Positions 23,001 to 36,092 of a DNA stretch of 62,153 nt are shown here, in pieces; position 1 is the stretch's first letter; each line of letters opens with the position of its first letter. This stretch comes from Perkinsus chesapeaki ATCC PRA-425. Taxonomy: Eukaryota > Protista > Perkinsozoa. The stretch lies in the NCBI GenBank assembly GCA_013115145.1, contig JAAPAO010000149.1, forward strand, positions 1 through 62,153, given 5' to 3'. The position numbers and the translations under genes are program-made. The notes under the pieces are model-generated. The model searched no databases, was not told the DNA's origin, and was given only the letters and a program-made list of their open reading frames with translations.

Positions 23001-24601
23001 CTCTCCAGCCTACTAGAGTTGGCCGATCGTCGAGTCTCTGCCGTCGAGGCCAACTCGGCTCTGGACGGCCTTCCCAGCCCAGAGCTGGTATCTCTGGTGC
23101 TCCTCTTTCTCACACTTACATCTCTCCGGAGAGTGCGAAGTACGAAGCTCGTGGAGCCCAGTCGAGAATATTCTTTCGTCAGGCGGAACCGCTGCTGATG
23201 AACATAAGCTCTGTTTGTCCGACCTCTGTATGCTATTCATCGGCACCGTGGAGCATGATGCGGCCGAGGAGGCCGCGGGCCTCAGATTCCTGGCCTTCAC
23301 CTTGCAGCTGTTCTTACTAGATCTCATTGGTGATGCCGCCGAACTCAGAGGTAGCTATACTGGAGATAACAGTATCTAGAAACTGCGCTCTCCAGAAGGG
23401 ACAATATATCATTCTGTAGCGCTGCGTCGGGCGAGCTACGAAGGCCAACCGACCATTGTGGCAAACACAGAACACGCTTCCGGTGAAACAAGGAAACTTA
23501 ATTGAAACTATCGGGTGTTTCCAGAATTCAGCTGACATTTGTTGACATCTTATCGAGTATCATCCTGTTTACCAATATGTAGGTGATAGAAGCCCGGCTG
23601 ACCTCGACAGGATCCTTGGCGACTACGTCCGCGAGCTGCTCCTAGGAGCATCCCTCCCAGGTAGAGGATGCTCTGGATATCAGCTGTAAAACGACATGCA
23701 GTGATTTCGCTTCAGGTCCAGTCAAACTCCTGGAGCAGTGGGCCCCGACCTTCAACGAGATCATGGCGCTGGTGGTGGCCAGCTACAAAGGGAACTCTTT
23801 CGACCGTAGAAAGGTACCCATGCGCTTGTCCCTTTTCTCGGTAAATCTTCGTCAGGCGGCTCTGCTGACGTGCTCCATCGGCCTTTACTGTTCCCGCTCG
23901 GACAGCATCCTCAATGGCGCCGTCTCCTCCTGGTTGACGAGGCAGGTTGTGGAGGGCTCGTCTCAGCTGTCCAAGGAGGTCCTCGCAGCCCTTAAGTATC
24001 GTCGACAGCACCTCGTTGGCCCGGACCAATGGAAGGTGCACTGGCGGATGCTACTTAACGCGGTAGGACCATGTCGATACAAGTTTACTGTTACTGCCAA
24101 CTCTCTCAGGTGTGGCAACATGCTGTATCGAAGAATGGTCTCAAAAGTGCCTGCAAGCTGAGCAGCACGCTCTGCCAAAGCGTAGGAGTCCGCCTACAGA
24201 AGGGCGGCCACGCCGAACTGGCCACCGTCATCAGAGTAAGGAAACGCTGCGTCGCTCAAGCATGATTTTTGCGTCACAGGAAACAGTAGCAGCTTCGTCC
24301 GGCGACGAGAGGTTCATAACAGCACTCAAGCCCTGGTTGTCAAGGGGCCTGCTGTTGCGTCCAGAGAAGGTGGCCCTAGCCGAGTGGATGCTTCGAAGGG
24401 ATACCAGCGACAAGTTTCCGGATACCCCAAAGTGAGCCGTTGTACCTATTTGGACGCGAGTATGGTCTGCTCAGGGCATCGTGGCAGGAAGCAGCCGATG
24501 TCTTGACTAAAGGATCAGCCAAAAGATCCTCCGCCGCCCCTGCCAACGATCCACCTCTTTCTCAATCTTCCTCGTCGACCAGCGCTTGTCGGAGCTTGTA
24601 A
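20050..24601 (+). CDS. SCC3: Divergent cohesin subunit Scc3/STAG, many exons; ends approximate
   Basis: AINLVLAGAGCK (cf. STAG LINFFIQCSGC), SRDSSEAIRGIVLSHV and LVDRSSIVR (SCD-like), CFDEDITVRLWGVRCL, in the expected order. Confidence 0.65.
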
Positions 24602-24814
24602 TCAATGGTCAGTGAGATCTCCGCCTTCTTTGTCGTGTCTATTATGTCGTTCGTTCTGCGTGCCGTATTCTAATTCTGTTTTAAAGCTGTCCTTTCACTA
24701 CATGTGGAGCCCTAGAGGCGAGTTTCGTGCAACAGAAGTCAGTTGTGTTGGACAGTCCGACTGCAAACGAAAACCAACAACTTTACAGGAAACATTAGGG
24801 AGAAGAACGCAGTG

Positions 24815-27098
24815 TTAGTTAACCAAGTCTCTAAGCCGCTGGGCCTGCTCTCGGGTACGGTCATCAGGCTCGGCGAGGGACGCTCGGTTCATATAGAATC
24901 TCAGGAACGCCGAGCGATTCTCATCAAGTTCGGATGGATCTGACAAACCACAGTGGTCAAACCAGCGGCAACCGCGATGGGTACCAACTAGCGGGAAGAC
25001 GCAAGTGGAGAGCATCATGCAGGCCTTCCTGACCGTCGCCTCCTGGTGAGAAACGTAACATTGAACGACGTCAATAGTCTGAAGAAGGAAAGAGATATGA
25101 GGAAGAGACTTTATAGACGCCTGTCGAACCTCCTCCACAATCTGCTGTCTAAAGGGGGAACTCCGACCAGAGGCACCGGCACTCTGTAGGAATAGCGAGG
25201 CGGTTCGAAGGGCCTCGGCTAAAAGGACCGGTTGGTCCTGGCAACGCTTCGACTGGGAATAAGCCAACACAGGGTGTATGAATCGTGGCAGCCATTGGGA
25301 AACAAAGCGGTTTTCGATGACTGTTGGCTCGTCTGAGGCTTGGCCTTGGCTCCATCGGTTGGACTTCTTCCCGGACTCCTTGAACTCTTTCAAACACATT
25401 CTGCGTCGAGTTCTGTTTTCCGGCAGACTGCGTCCAACGGTCTTTTCGCTCTCTTCGTTGGACTTGTGGTTATCTCGTCCAGCTAAAACGGTCGAGGCCT
25501 CGACCAGAACCTTCAAAGCTTCTGCTCTGGTACCTGCGGAGGGACAAGTCACGACGCCAGAAACCGTTACAGTCGCTTCGGCTCACCCACGGCCCAGTCT
25601 GCCTTCTCAACGCACTGCAGTACGTAGCGAAGGCATTTGCTCTCTTCGGGATTCTCTAGGCAGTCTTTGGCAACTACACGGCCGGCTAGGTGCCGCGCAG
25701 TATTATGGGTGCTATCAGAGTCAACGTTATGAGAATGGGTTATGAGGTTATAAATCGTTGTTGGTCCAACTCTGCGCAACTCCGCCGCGCTTGCCTTATT
25801 GATCGCCGCGGGAAGTAGTGACAGGGCCGACCTGAAAGACATCAACATCATTCACGTCACGGCCAGCTTGTGTACTCGATACGGAGCCGCTCTTCCAGAG
25901 GACCTTCGTGGCTTGATGCCCGAGCAATGACCAAGTTGCCCAAGGTCACATTGCCGGGAAGATTGCCGTCCACCGTGTCTACGGGTTCGTCTGAAAGTGA
26001 AAGAGCGCAATGAAATGGAAGTAGCATCATTGTACTTGTCGTTGGCGCTGCCAGCTTGGTATCGCAAGCGGCAAGCCAGGCCCCTTGCTCTCCAGCGTCT
26101 GAGCGGGCCGGCTCACTGGCGGACCGAAGAGCCGGCAGAGGTTCAAAGTCTGCCAGAGCCTCGACCAGTCTGCTCTTGATCTGTGGCATGTGGGCTTGAG
26201 GCTCCTCTTCTCGGGATGGTGTTGCAGTGGTCTTATGAGCCTCGTCGGTTGACTGATGATCTGACCACTCTTCACCCATACCAGCTTTCCACACTGTGCA
26301 CCAAGAATCAAAGCCAATCTCGGGACCAGGTGAATCAGGAAAGACTCGAGAGTTGGTGGCCCAGACCTTGCGTGCCACAACTTCCATCAGGGCCATCGCC
26401 ATGGCGCGCTGGTCCGGGTCGGCGTTGCTCAGCCGATTGTGGACGCCGTCCAGCAACGACTGAGACACCTCCTCATCCACCGGCCCCGGGCGATACCGGA
26501 GCAATGTTGCAATAGCGACCGTGATGGCCATGGTGTTCATGACCGGAAGTAGAGGGCCGGACCACAGCTTGCCCAGGGCCGGCAAAAAGACGTCTGGACC
26601 GCCGTAGTCCGCCAGAGCCACAGCCTGCTCTGTCGTCAACGCATTCTGTTGCCACACAGATGATTGAAAATACTGTGCTGTCGTAGGATGGGCGGTAGCA
26701 AGCTCCGAAAAACCAGCGCCTATCAAAGATGCCAGGGTGTCGTCACCATCATAGTGCAGAAGGTAAATCTCAGCACACCGTCGGGTGTTATGAGCTGAGA
26801 GCCTGAGAACCCCTCCTGTCCGGGCCAGTGTCTTGGCCACTGCATCCACGGCACCTCGGGTGCAAAGGCGGTCTAGGACGTCGTAGCGCTGTTGGGACGC
26901 CTGACAGGAAAGTGTCACAACCTCGAGGAGCGGGCTTAGCTGGCGTACCAAGGTCGCCATCAGTTTATCAGATCCCTCAGGATTGGCTTCGCAGAAGGAC
27001 AGCACTTGTCGCGTCAGCCCGGGACTCAATCGTTCGGCGGCGCTCGACGTGTTTATCTCGCCAACAAGAGTGTCCTCGTTCGTTCGGGTATCCGACAT
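24815..27098 (-). CDS. TEL2: TEL2/TELO2 (TTT complex) homologue, few exons
   Basis: RLSNADPDQRAMAM, ESALSLLPAAI..., TRAEALKVLVEASTVL, NRFVSQWLPRFIHPVL, LLAEALRT, HQEATVRKA and EPDDRTREQA parallel the Tel2 C-terminal motifs. Confidence 0.75.
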
Positions 27099-27179
27099 TC
27101 AGTACACTAACTTCACGTTCCGCGGTTCGTCTCCCCTCAACTGCACACAACAAGCCTTTCCGGCACAAATCCATCGGAT

Positions 27180-28261
27180 TTAAGTGACATTGTCATGATC
27201 AGCTAAGCCGTCATCGGACGGCTCTGGGGCCTCTTCAAGACCGCGGGGTGACGGCACTCTAGCACTGAATATTTGGCTCAGATCAGGCATCATCAGGTCC
27301 TCCGGCTCCGAGATGATGTCCAGGTCATCCAGGCTCCGAGTTCCATCGAAGACCTCGTTACTGTCTCTGATAAATGGTCCAGGCGGGCTCGCCCTGCGTT
27401 CGTAAACGCCTGGGGTGTCGGCCGCGGTGGCCGGGGTGGTGGCAGCTGTGGACTGCATCATACTGTGGGTGCCCAAGCGGCGAAGGAGACTTTCTTCGGA
27501 TATCTAACGACGTCAATAATTTCCTGGCGTGCAAGAATGTCTGGTACCTGGTGCTCAGCCAACACATCGCTGAGATCAACACTGTCATCAGCCGGTGATG
27601 GAAGCGGGGCGGCCGGGCTGAGAAAGAATGTGATAGGCTCGGTGCTTGCCAGCGACGCCCTACTTGAGTAGGCTCTGCACTCCGTTGAGCAACCTATCAG
27701 CCAATGCAGCCTCGCCCACGTCCAATCCATCGGGAATAGCGTTCCGCACTCTGCCGTCTTGGCACGTCGCGCTGGCCCCAGTGGGGGTCACCGGAGGAGG
27801 GGCTGCGCCGACCTGTAAAGGCGTACGAGATCGGCTGGGAGGGATGCCCCACCTGTTCCATGCACTTCCAGTGCGGTTCCACTGGGATACCATCTTCCTC
27901 TTCACCCAGGACCAAGGCTGCCGGTCCCCAGCTGATGCATCGGCGACGCACAGGTCTGAGAGGCCACCATCCGACAACAGCCGCGCGTGATCGGAGCTGA
28001 CCGTGAGCTCCGGACTTGAGCCTGCCGATACAAGTGGACCTGCTCCGAGGCTGATCGCACAGCCTCCAGCTGCACTGCAGTGAGGCCATCATCTCCCTCT
28101 TCCCCATCGGTTTCTTCTTCTTCTTTATCGGTCTCGGATAATTCCTCCGGCGCCGGGGTTGGTTCCGGAACACTTGGTTCCTCCTCCACTGGCTGGTCAC
28201 CCGCTGGGGCCACGGGTCTTTCGCCCGTTCCAGTCCAACGTCTCATAAACTTGTCAGGCAT
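27180..28261 (-). CDS. Hypothetical low-complexity acidic protein, multi-exon
   Basis: MPDKFMRRW...EEEETDGEEGDD first exon, further GT-AG-bounded ORFs, KKVSF (RVxF-like) motif. Confidence 0.5.
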
Positions 28262-28388
28262 TTCGTTTGTCTAAGTTGAAGTCAGTATCACCAACAGCAG
28301 TGCTGATCGCGCGACCGCGGCAAGCAATGTAAAAAGCGCGCGCCCGATGGAATATTTCCGCTCGAAAGTCGCCCTGGCGGCCAGCGCG

Positions 28389-30029
28389 CTACCTTGGTCC
28401 TATTGGGCTCCCCAAGTGACCTTCCTTTCCTTGGCTGGCCCTGAAGACGGCAGTGATGCTACTAAGAAATGTAGGTACAGATTGTTCTATGGTCCCATGG
28501 CGAGGGCTTCGCTGCTCGCACCCAAAGGAAGTGAGCAGTCTCGGAGAGCCCGTGGTGCGATGTGGGTAGCCTGCTCTGAGCAAAGGTTGCCAGGAATCTA
28601 TTTATGAGGGTACCCGGTAGGAGCTCAAGACCCGGTAAGGGCCCAACGACTGCTGCATCCATCATCACCAGCTCCTGCTCGCACAACTCAACGACGTCCT
28701 TCTCATCGAGGACCGAGGCGTAGGTGAAGAAAAGCCTCTTGGTTGAGCGGTCCACTTTAAAGTGCACAGCGATGTATCTCAAAGGCAAGCATGGGAGTGA
28801 GGGGAGCTAGCAGCGTACTGGTCCGGTCGCAAGAACAGGATCTGGGGCAGTTGCTCCTCATCGGTTCGCCTCAGCAGTCTTTCCGCAGCAGACATTATTT
28901 TTGAGTGCATGTCCGGCGCTTGGGGGTGAGAGTATCGACACTTCTCGCACGAAAGGCCTGTCCAATACTAATTTCGGCTTAGGTTGGCATATCTACCCTT
29001 CCAGCCCTCGAAGGTTGCACATCTTCTAAAGAGGTCCACAGTCCCAGAGCAAAGACTAGCGCCATGGCCCCGAGGGGAGGAGAAGCCGCTCTGTGTCCCG
29101 GACACTCTGGTTGATGGGAGCGCGTACCTCAGTTCGAAAGTTCGAGCCCACGACCCGCAAGCGTTGGGCCACCTGTTGGTTCTGACGGTGAGCGCAGTGC
29201 AGCCAGTGTATTTGACAACTCGAATGAGGAAGTTAGAAATACCAAGCGGGCGAACAAACTGCTGCAGAAGGCCAGATGGTCGATCCATCCTCGCCAAGCC
29301 CTCCGCCAGAAATGCCCTGGCAATGGTTCATCGAGGCGTTGGCCGAGACCTACTTCAGTTGGCTGCCGGTAATGAACTCCACATAAGGATTAGCCGCACG
29401 GTCCTCGGGAAACTGGCTTGCCATCGGGATCCATACAGCTGCAACCTAAACTCCTAGTGCCACTGGAAGGAACAACGAACTTGAAAGCTCACCTCGGTGG
29501 CCACAGAGGCCTTTTCTTTGCAGAAGTGCCTCTCAACTTCGCTTATCTGACCCGCCACTGGGACATCACCAGCATCATTGGCACTTTTAAATTGTCCGCC
29601 TTTTTCCGAAGTAACGCTCCCGTAGTCGACATGAAGTACCATGCGCTCATCTGTCCCTTGCGGAAGATTACCGATCTGAGGCTAGATGGTCTGCAAAGCA
29701 CAAGCAGAGGAACCCTTACTGCGGAATGCAAAAGCCAAACTCGTCGAAAAAGGAATTGCCTGCTCTGTGGTGGAAGCGACCCCATCGCCACAGCATTTCG
29801 TATCTTGAGCTCAAGCTTGCATATCACGCACAATGACAGCTTACACTTCCAAGATACACTCCACTTCACATTGTAGCTGTCGTTGAGCCTCGGGCCCGCC
29901 CTTATCGACAACCCTCATAAACTTGGCGTCCTCCCGAGGAGTTTGAGCTCTTCCTCGCACCATACGACTGACCGTACTAGCAGTTCCATGTCGGACTATG
30001 AACTCAACAGCATAAGGGGGACTTCCCAC
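28389..30029 (-). CDS. Conserved-looking hypothetical protein of a family recalled from flagellated protists; both ends uncertain
   Basis: Segments AWYFMSTTGALLRKK, SGLLQQFVRPLGISNFLIRV and IAVHFKVDRSTKRLFFTYAS. Confidence 0.45.
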
Positions 30030-30404
30030 AGATGTAGCGATTATATGACGATAGGAGCCAACAGTATAGTATATGGAATCAATCGACCCTTAGGGCGCCC
30101 CCAGGGGCTGTGGAAGGGTGGGGATAGCAGTGGTTAGATCTTCTGACTACTTCTTAAGGCAACTTGTTCACAACGGTAGGTGACATCGGCTACTCTATTA
30201 TAGAGATCACTCTTACTTCCCTCGCACGCCTGAACAGAGCAATGCACCAGGAAGAAACTCAGGAAGCTGGGATGTCTCCAGGAGAGCTATCGCCACAACG
30301 CAGCTTCGGCCGACATTCAAGCGCCTTTGAACGAACACTTTAGCATGTGGTCACACCGAATAGAGTAATGTGATCCCAAAGGTCTGAGCGGCCCCCGTTG
30401 GATA

Positions 30405-33400
30405 CTAACTGCCGGATTGCCCTGCGCGTATCTCCTGACACTTGAGTGCCGACAGTAGCTTAAACGTCGCGTTCGGCTTCAAAAAGAAAGAAAGCTGAAC
30501 ACTCCCAGCACGAACGAACTTACGTCCAGAAATAGGCAATACTGGGCGAAGTTCCAGAGACAAGCCCGGCCTACCAGATCTTGTTTAGCTTCGTTTTTCT
30601 CACGGTCTGAGAGTACACTACGCGGCACCAAGGCGAGGGCCTGTGGAAGCCATTCCTTCTGATACTGCTCTGGATTGAATCGGAACACGGCCTCTAAAAC
30701 CTCGGGGATGTACTCGCGAATATATCTGATAATTGCGCGGTCGTGGGCGCTACGCAGAGCGGCCAAGCTCACCGTGGTGGCACTGACAGCATAAGACCGA
30801 ACATCTGCTTGACCATGAGGCTGGAGCTGGCCTGGACGATCTTCCGTGCAGTCTGCGCATCCGATGGTGAGAACCCCCAAGCCTCGGCCTTCTCCGCGGA
30901 GGTGTAACAGGCGTCGATGAAAGCGAAAACGGCATCAGCGGCGTCCTTCTGCTGGACAAATACGGCCGACTCGGCTGCAAAGTTGAGTGCAGCTGACGTG
31001 ACCTAAGAGAACTCGATGGCTCAAGGTAGAATAGACGGGCGTACCTCGGGACAGCGGGAGACCACAATGTGGGGGCAATGTCGTAAATAGCGCAGACACA
31101 TCCCGTAGAAGTCCTCGATGAGCTCACAGGCATCGTCCATCTTGCCCGGGTTGGCAACTCTGAATTGCATCAATGCTTGAAGAGCGGTGCCGGAGAGAGA
31201 CACGAACAGCTGGCTGAGCAGGGGCTCAACTTCCGGATCGGAGCCGTAGACTCCGGCGAGGACCTCCGCCATGTAGAGATAACTGCTGTGATGTTGCTTG
31301 TTAAAGTCCGTGACCAATCGCTCTACCAGGCGAGGGACCAGCGGCTTGAACGCATCCGGCACGGTACGGATACCGTGCTTGAGGACACGGCAACACTTCT
31401 CTACGAGTCGAGGGTCATCAACGCAGTGCTCCATAATCTGGGACACCGTGGGCCAGAGGGACTGCTCGACAAACCGCCCGAGGGCGACCTCCCTAGCTGA
31501 CTCTCGGGGGACCTTCGAGGAAAGCAAGCATGTGCTGAGGCGGTCCAGAATATCACAGAGCATATTGTGGTCGTTGGCATGCTGCCGGAGGCCTGACAAG
31601 AAGAAACGGTGGCGCTGATGATTGAAACCGATAGCCTACCTGCTATTAGTGGCTCGAGGACTACTTCGAGATTGGCCTTGAAGGAGGCGTCATCCGTCCC
31701 AGCGGACACCACTGCGCTGGTGCCCTCCACCACTTTCATGTGGGTCTTGGCCGGCAGGCTGGCCGCGGTGCACTTGTAGACGTTACAAAGCGCAGTCGAC
31801 ATGCCCGAAATCAACGATAGTTCATCGCGGCATTTCAGACAGATTAAGCGAAAAGCACTGGCCGCCGAGTACGTAACCGAGGGGTGCCGAGTGGCCGGGT
31901 CCGCGACCAACTGGGCGCAGAGGAACTCCATCATCATCCGAAGCTTGTCGGGACGCTTGTCCAGGAAGTGCGCGCACGCACCAACCAGAGCTAGGGCCGC
32001 ACGCTGGCACAGGACGTCTCTGACCAAGGCCGCCGGAGTGTTGAACAAGGCCGGGATGAAGTCCAGCAGCTTCCATACGAGGGAGTTGTCGGCCATGAGC
32101 TCCTCGCAGGGCGGCACCCGTCTGACCACCCAGCTGAGGATGAAGTAGTAGGCCTCCTGCCGGTAGATGGCATCACGCGGCTGAGCACCGAAGGCTTGAA
32201 GAAGGCACTCGAGGCCGGAAGTAGGCCCCACTGGGCCCAGGACTTGGAGAACCGTCTCGCCCAGGTAGCGCCTGAATCTGAGGTAGTCGTCATCGATGTC
32301 AAAGTAAGTGGTACAAAGATCATAAAGTTCCTCAGTGCCCATGGTTGAAACCTTCACCGGTGGAGGTATGTCAGCGGTAAGGTTGGCCTTGCTCTGACCA
32401 TCGAAGGAGCACCGCTGCGTCATGGCCACCAGCAGCCGGCACAACACAGGTTTCATAGACTCGTGCAGCTGCGGTCTAATGTTCACCTCGTGGGCAAATT
32501 GCTCCCAGAAGTTCAGTGGCAGTTCGGCAACTTCAGTGTCCCCTCGATACTCCACAATCTCTATCATGGCTGTCAGCATCCGTTGCATCTCCATACTGGC
32601 CGTAGCGTTCGTGACCAGGAACGTGCACATGGCCTCGGCGCACTCAACGCAGACTCGAGAGAGCATCAAAGCAACATCACTGTCGTCTTCCCGCAGCGAG
32701 GCCTCGAGGGCCGGCAGTAGGCCAGACACTTTGCCGAACATCCTTTCGTAAAGAGCACCGGCCTCGGGAGAGTTAGACTCCCGGCCCAGCAGGCCCAGTA
32801 CCTCGACGACGATATCGGTGCACGCTGAAGATATTCTGGCATCACCGAGACCGCTGAAGACGGCATCCATGAGGTCGGATTTGATAAGAGCGCTGGCAGG
32901 GACAGAGCCGAGGCGGAGCCATTCGACCAAGGCCTCCAGACTCAGATTTTTGTCGCCCTTCGTGGCCTCGCCCATGAGGAACTGCACCACTTCCGGGGAG
33001 TACTTCGCAAGCCTAGCAAACGCGTTGTTCCTCTTGGACGTATCGGTCATCAGTCGGTAGTTGCTGGCCTCTTCCGGCAGCAGCTTGAGCACGATCAGCA
33101 ACAGCCCAGTGTAGGCCGGGTTGCTGCCGAACTGTTTTATGATGTCCTCAATGGCGGTGTCCCATTTGTCGTCCATTTGGATGGCCAAATCTGCCAGCGC
33201 AATCGCCAGCTGCGTACGTACCGCACTAGACTTGTTCGGGCCGCTGAACTTCATCAGCTTGTTGATAATGGACTCTCGCAGACCTGCCCAGTCGGTCTCT
33301 TGAAGCTCGTAAAAATCAAATTGTATTTTCGTTCGCAAAGTCTGGGCTGCAAAGAAGAGCATGTTCTCATTGTTGTTGTCATTTTCCAAGACCAGGTTCG

Positions 33401-33527
33401 CCACTTGCCAGGCCTCAGGCGTTTGCTGCCACTTTCGCAGCCACTCGTCAGCCCGGCCGCGCTCCTCCTGATTCTGGGACGAGAATAGAGTCTGCAGGGC
33501 TGTTTGAAGGGTCACCAGATCGCCCAT
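30405..33527 (-). CDS. TNPO3: Transportin-SR / MTR10 / importin-13 family karyopherin; first exon ~1.9 kb
   Basis: ERGRADEWLRKWQQTPEAWQVA, FFAAQTLRTKIQFDF, VRTQLAIALADLAIQM, ELPLNFWEQF, VEKCCRVLK, HSSYLYMAEVL, ELIEDFYGMCLRYL. Confidence 0.88.
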
Positions 33528-33729
33528 GGTGCTGCTGCTGCTGATGGCTAAAACAGACTACAACTGACGTAGACCGTCATACCGACTTTTGCGCAACAAT
33601 GCAAAGTTATTTGAAAGTAATCTATGAGAAATACTGAGGAGATTAGTTCCGTGACACAATTACGGACCGTTTAGGCACGAACGAAGATATACATGCATAC
33701 GAGCTTCATCATGATAGGAGGGAGATCGC

Positions 33730-35548
33730 CCTAGACGGGGTCAGCGACTATCGAGGCAAGGCTACGAAGGTCATCGAAAATCTGAGGGGAAGGGATGAGC
33801 TGTTGCAGAAGATCTAACCTACCATTGCCAGGGTTTTAATTTCTCCCTCGGAGCGGTACGGGACATTGTGCTTTCGGCATAGCTCTTGGACCATGGGCTG
33901 GACCAGGCTGAGGGAGTGCCTTGGGAGGCGAGGGAAGAGGTGATGCTCTATCTGGTAGTCAAGGCCTGGAATAGTAATGTATAAATTTAATAAGGAGGTG
34001 GCAGAGGAATAATTTATAAATGTAATGAGGTGGCATGAGAATCTTACCTCCCCAGAACCAGTGAGCCCAGGTGTCAACGTTACGACTAGTGTTGCATTGC
34101 AGCCTGAACCAAGCAGGCTCCTCATGAGAGTGATAACAATCAACCGCCAGGTGAGACACCAGCAGCTGCACCTGAGCCAGCAAGGATTCCCGAAGACCAA
34201 GACGAAATGCTCACATGAAGCATGCCTGCGGTGCAGTTTGATAGCAAAAGGAAGAGAAGGCGGCCTTCTGAAGGGACCAAATAGTATAAGAACAGACCGT
34301 ACCTGAGCTGACACTGGCAAGGCCGCCGCCGCCGATAGGGGACAAGTACTACCAACACCAGAAGAGAGAAATTCCCATTAGATCTGCCACAGGAGCGCAG
34401 TGCATGGGTATCGACTCGACTTTAATATGATACTGAATAGCTCTCCTGCATGACTGAAGGGAACAACAACATAACCGAACATAACAGTGGAGTTATTGTT
34501 ATTACAAAAAGGATACTTATTATGTAGAAATTAAAACGCCCAATAGTCATAGCCAACGGAGCCACTACGAAATGCTGCACAGGCACGATGAGCCGGGCGA
34601 CGAGCTCCTCCCATCGGTTAGAGTACGGCAGCTCCTTCTGTGTTATAAGGAATGTCGGTAAGTAGTTGAACTGCGGGTCCTCCCGTGGCCGCCGAGGAAA
34701 GCAATGGTGGGCCTGCCAGGACCCTCCACAATCCCAGCGCTATATATTCACCTACAGCGTGCTCTTCGCTCCACATTCCGGCCGATATTCCGAACATCAA
34801 AGAGCCGACGAACCAACCGGTCCACGAAGGCCCTCGACCGTCGCCGTCCCCGCATCCTCTGTGACAGGCATCATGAGCGATGAAGGCTCCCTAGGACAGA
34901 GCATCCCCGCGAGACAGGCGGAGACAAGCTCACTTGCTGCCAGAACATTCCCAGGCAAATAGCCCCGGCCAGCACCCAGCCATTAAGGACACTTACAATG
35001 GCACAGAATAGAAAAGCTAATACTATAGCCATTCGACCAGCATAATAGGACCACCTGAAGTATCATGCTACCATGGTGCCAAGATTTATTTTGCTTACTT
35101 CTGCCGATAGTAGCCCAGCTGCCTAACATGGCGCTCTAGTTTGATAAAATCTGCCTCGGCCTCGTCCAGCGTAGATGCCGGGTCTAGACGACCAACCTCT
35201 AGAGGGGGAAGGAAATGCTTGGCGACACCCGGATGATGGATACCCCGGAACAAGCTAGTAACGTCTCGGCCCAGGCATTTGAGGATTACATCTCCGCCTA
35301 GGATGGACCACTTCCTCGCCAGAACCAAGACCAGCGGCACTACCTGGATGCCGGCCCTCGGCGACCCACTGCTTTACATCGTAAACTTTACCATCAATTA
35401 CAACAAGTCTTTTCTGGCGCACCTCATCCATGGTGAATACCGTAACGCTATGGGCCTCCGCGTCCCGTTTGATCAAGGGACTCCGGGAGACCTCCGATGG
35501 GGCTGTCGAGGCGGGAGAGGGTGGGCTGCCTGGTTGCGAGTCCGACAT
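33730..35548 (-). CDS. Cytochrome b5-fusion front-end fatty acid desaturase, multi-exon
   Basis: IDGKVYDV...HPGG heme motif; histidine boxes HDACH, HAAHH and QIEHHLFP. Confidence 0.92.
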
Positions 35549-36092
35549 TGAGAAATCTTACAAGCGGGTTGCCCCCAGAAATAAGCGCAACAGGAAGGCA
35601 CTGGTGGAAGAAACGCTGAAAGCAAATAGCTTAATCACAAGTGAAGTCTTGTCTGGCATCGGCGAGGGTCAAGGGGCAGTCCCGAGTACTGTTCGCCCTA
35701 AAAGAGGACTGTAAGGAAAGCCACCACACAGATGAGCTAGGAAAACTCTGTATATCAAATACCCTTCCCACGGGATCGCTCGACGTTTTCGGACATCCTC
35801 ATTGGAGATGAAGTGAGAATTCTTAAATCACGCGTCACTTTATGCTGGCTCATACGTTGACAACACGATCCTCTAAGCCCTATAACCAATGCAAGAAGAT
35901 GTGGTAGTAGCAGAGGACTGACGCTGCATGATATAACATATATTAGCGCCATGTAAAGAGAATATATAGATTAAAAATATAGAAACGTCGCCCTCCCAGC
36001 CCAAAGTAATGTCACTTTTTGGAGTTCAACTAATGAAGCCAAGTATATATCCAAACTTCGACTATCCTTCTCCCTGTCTATCTCCCATATTA

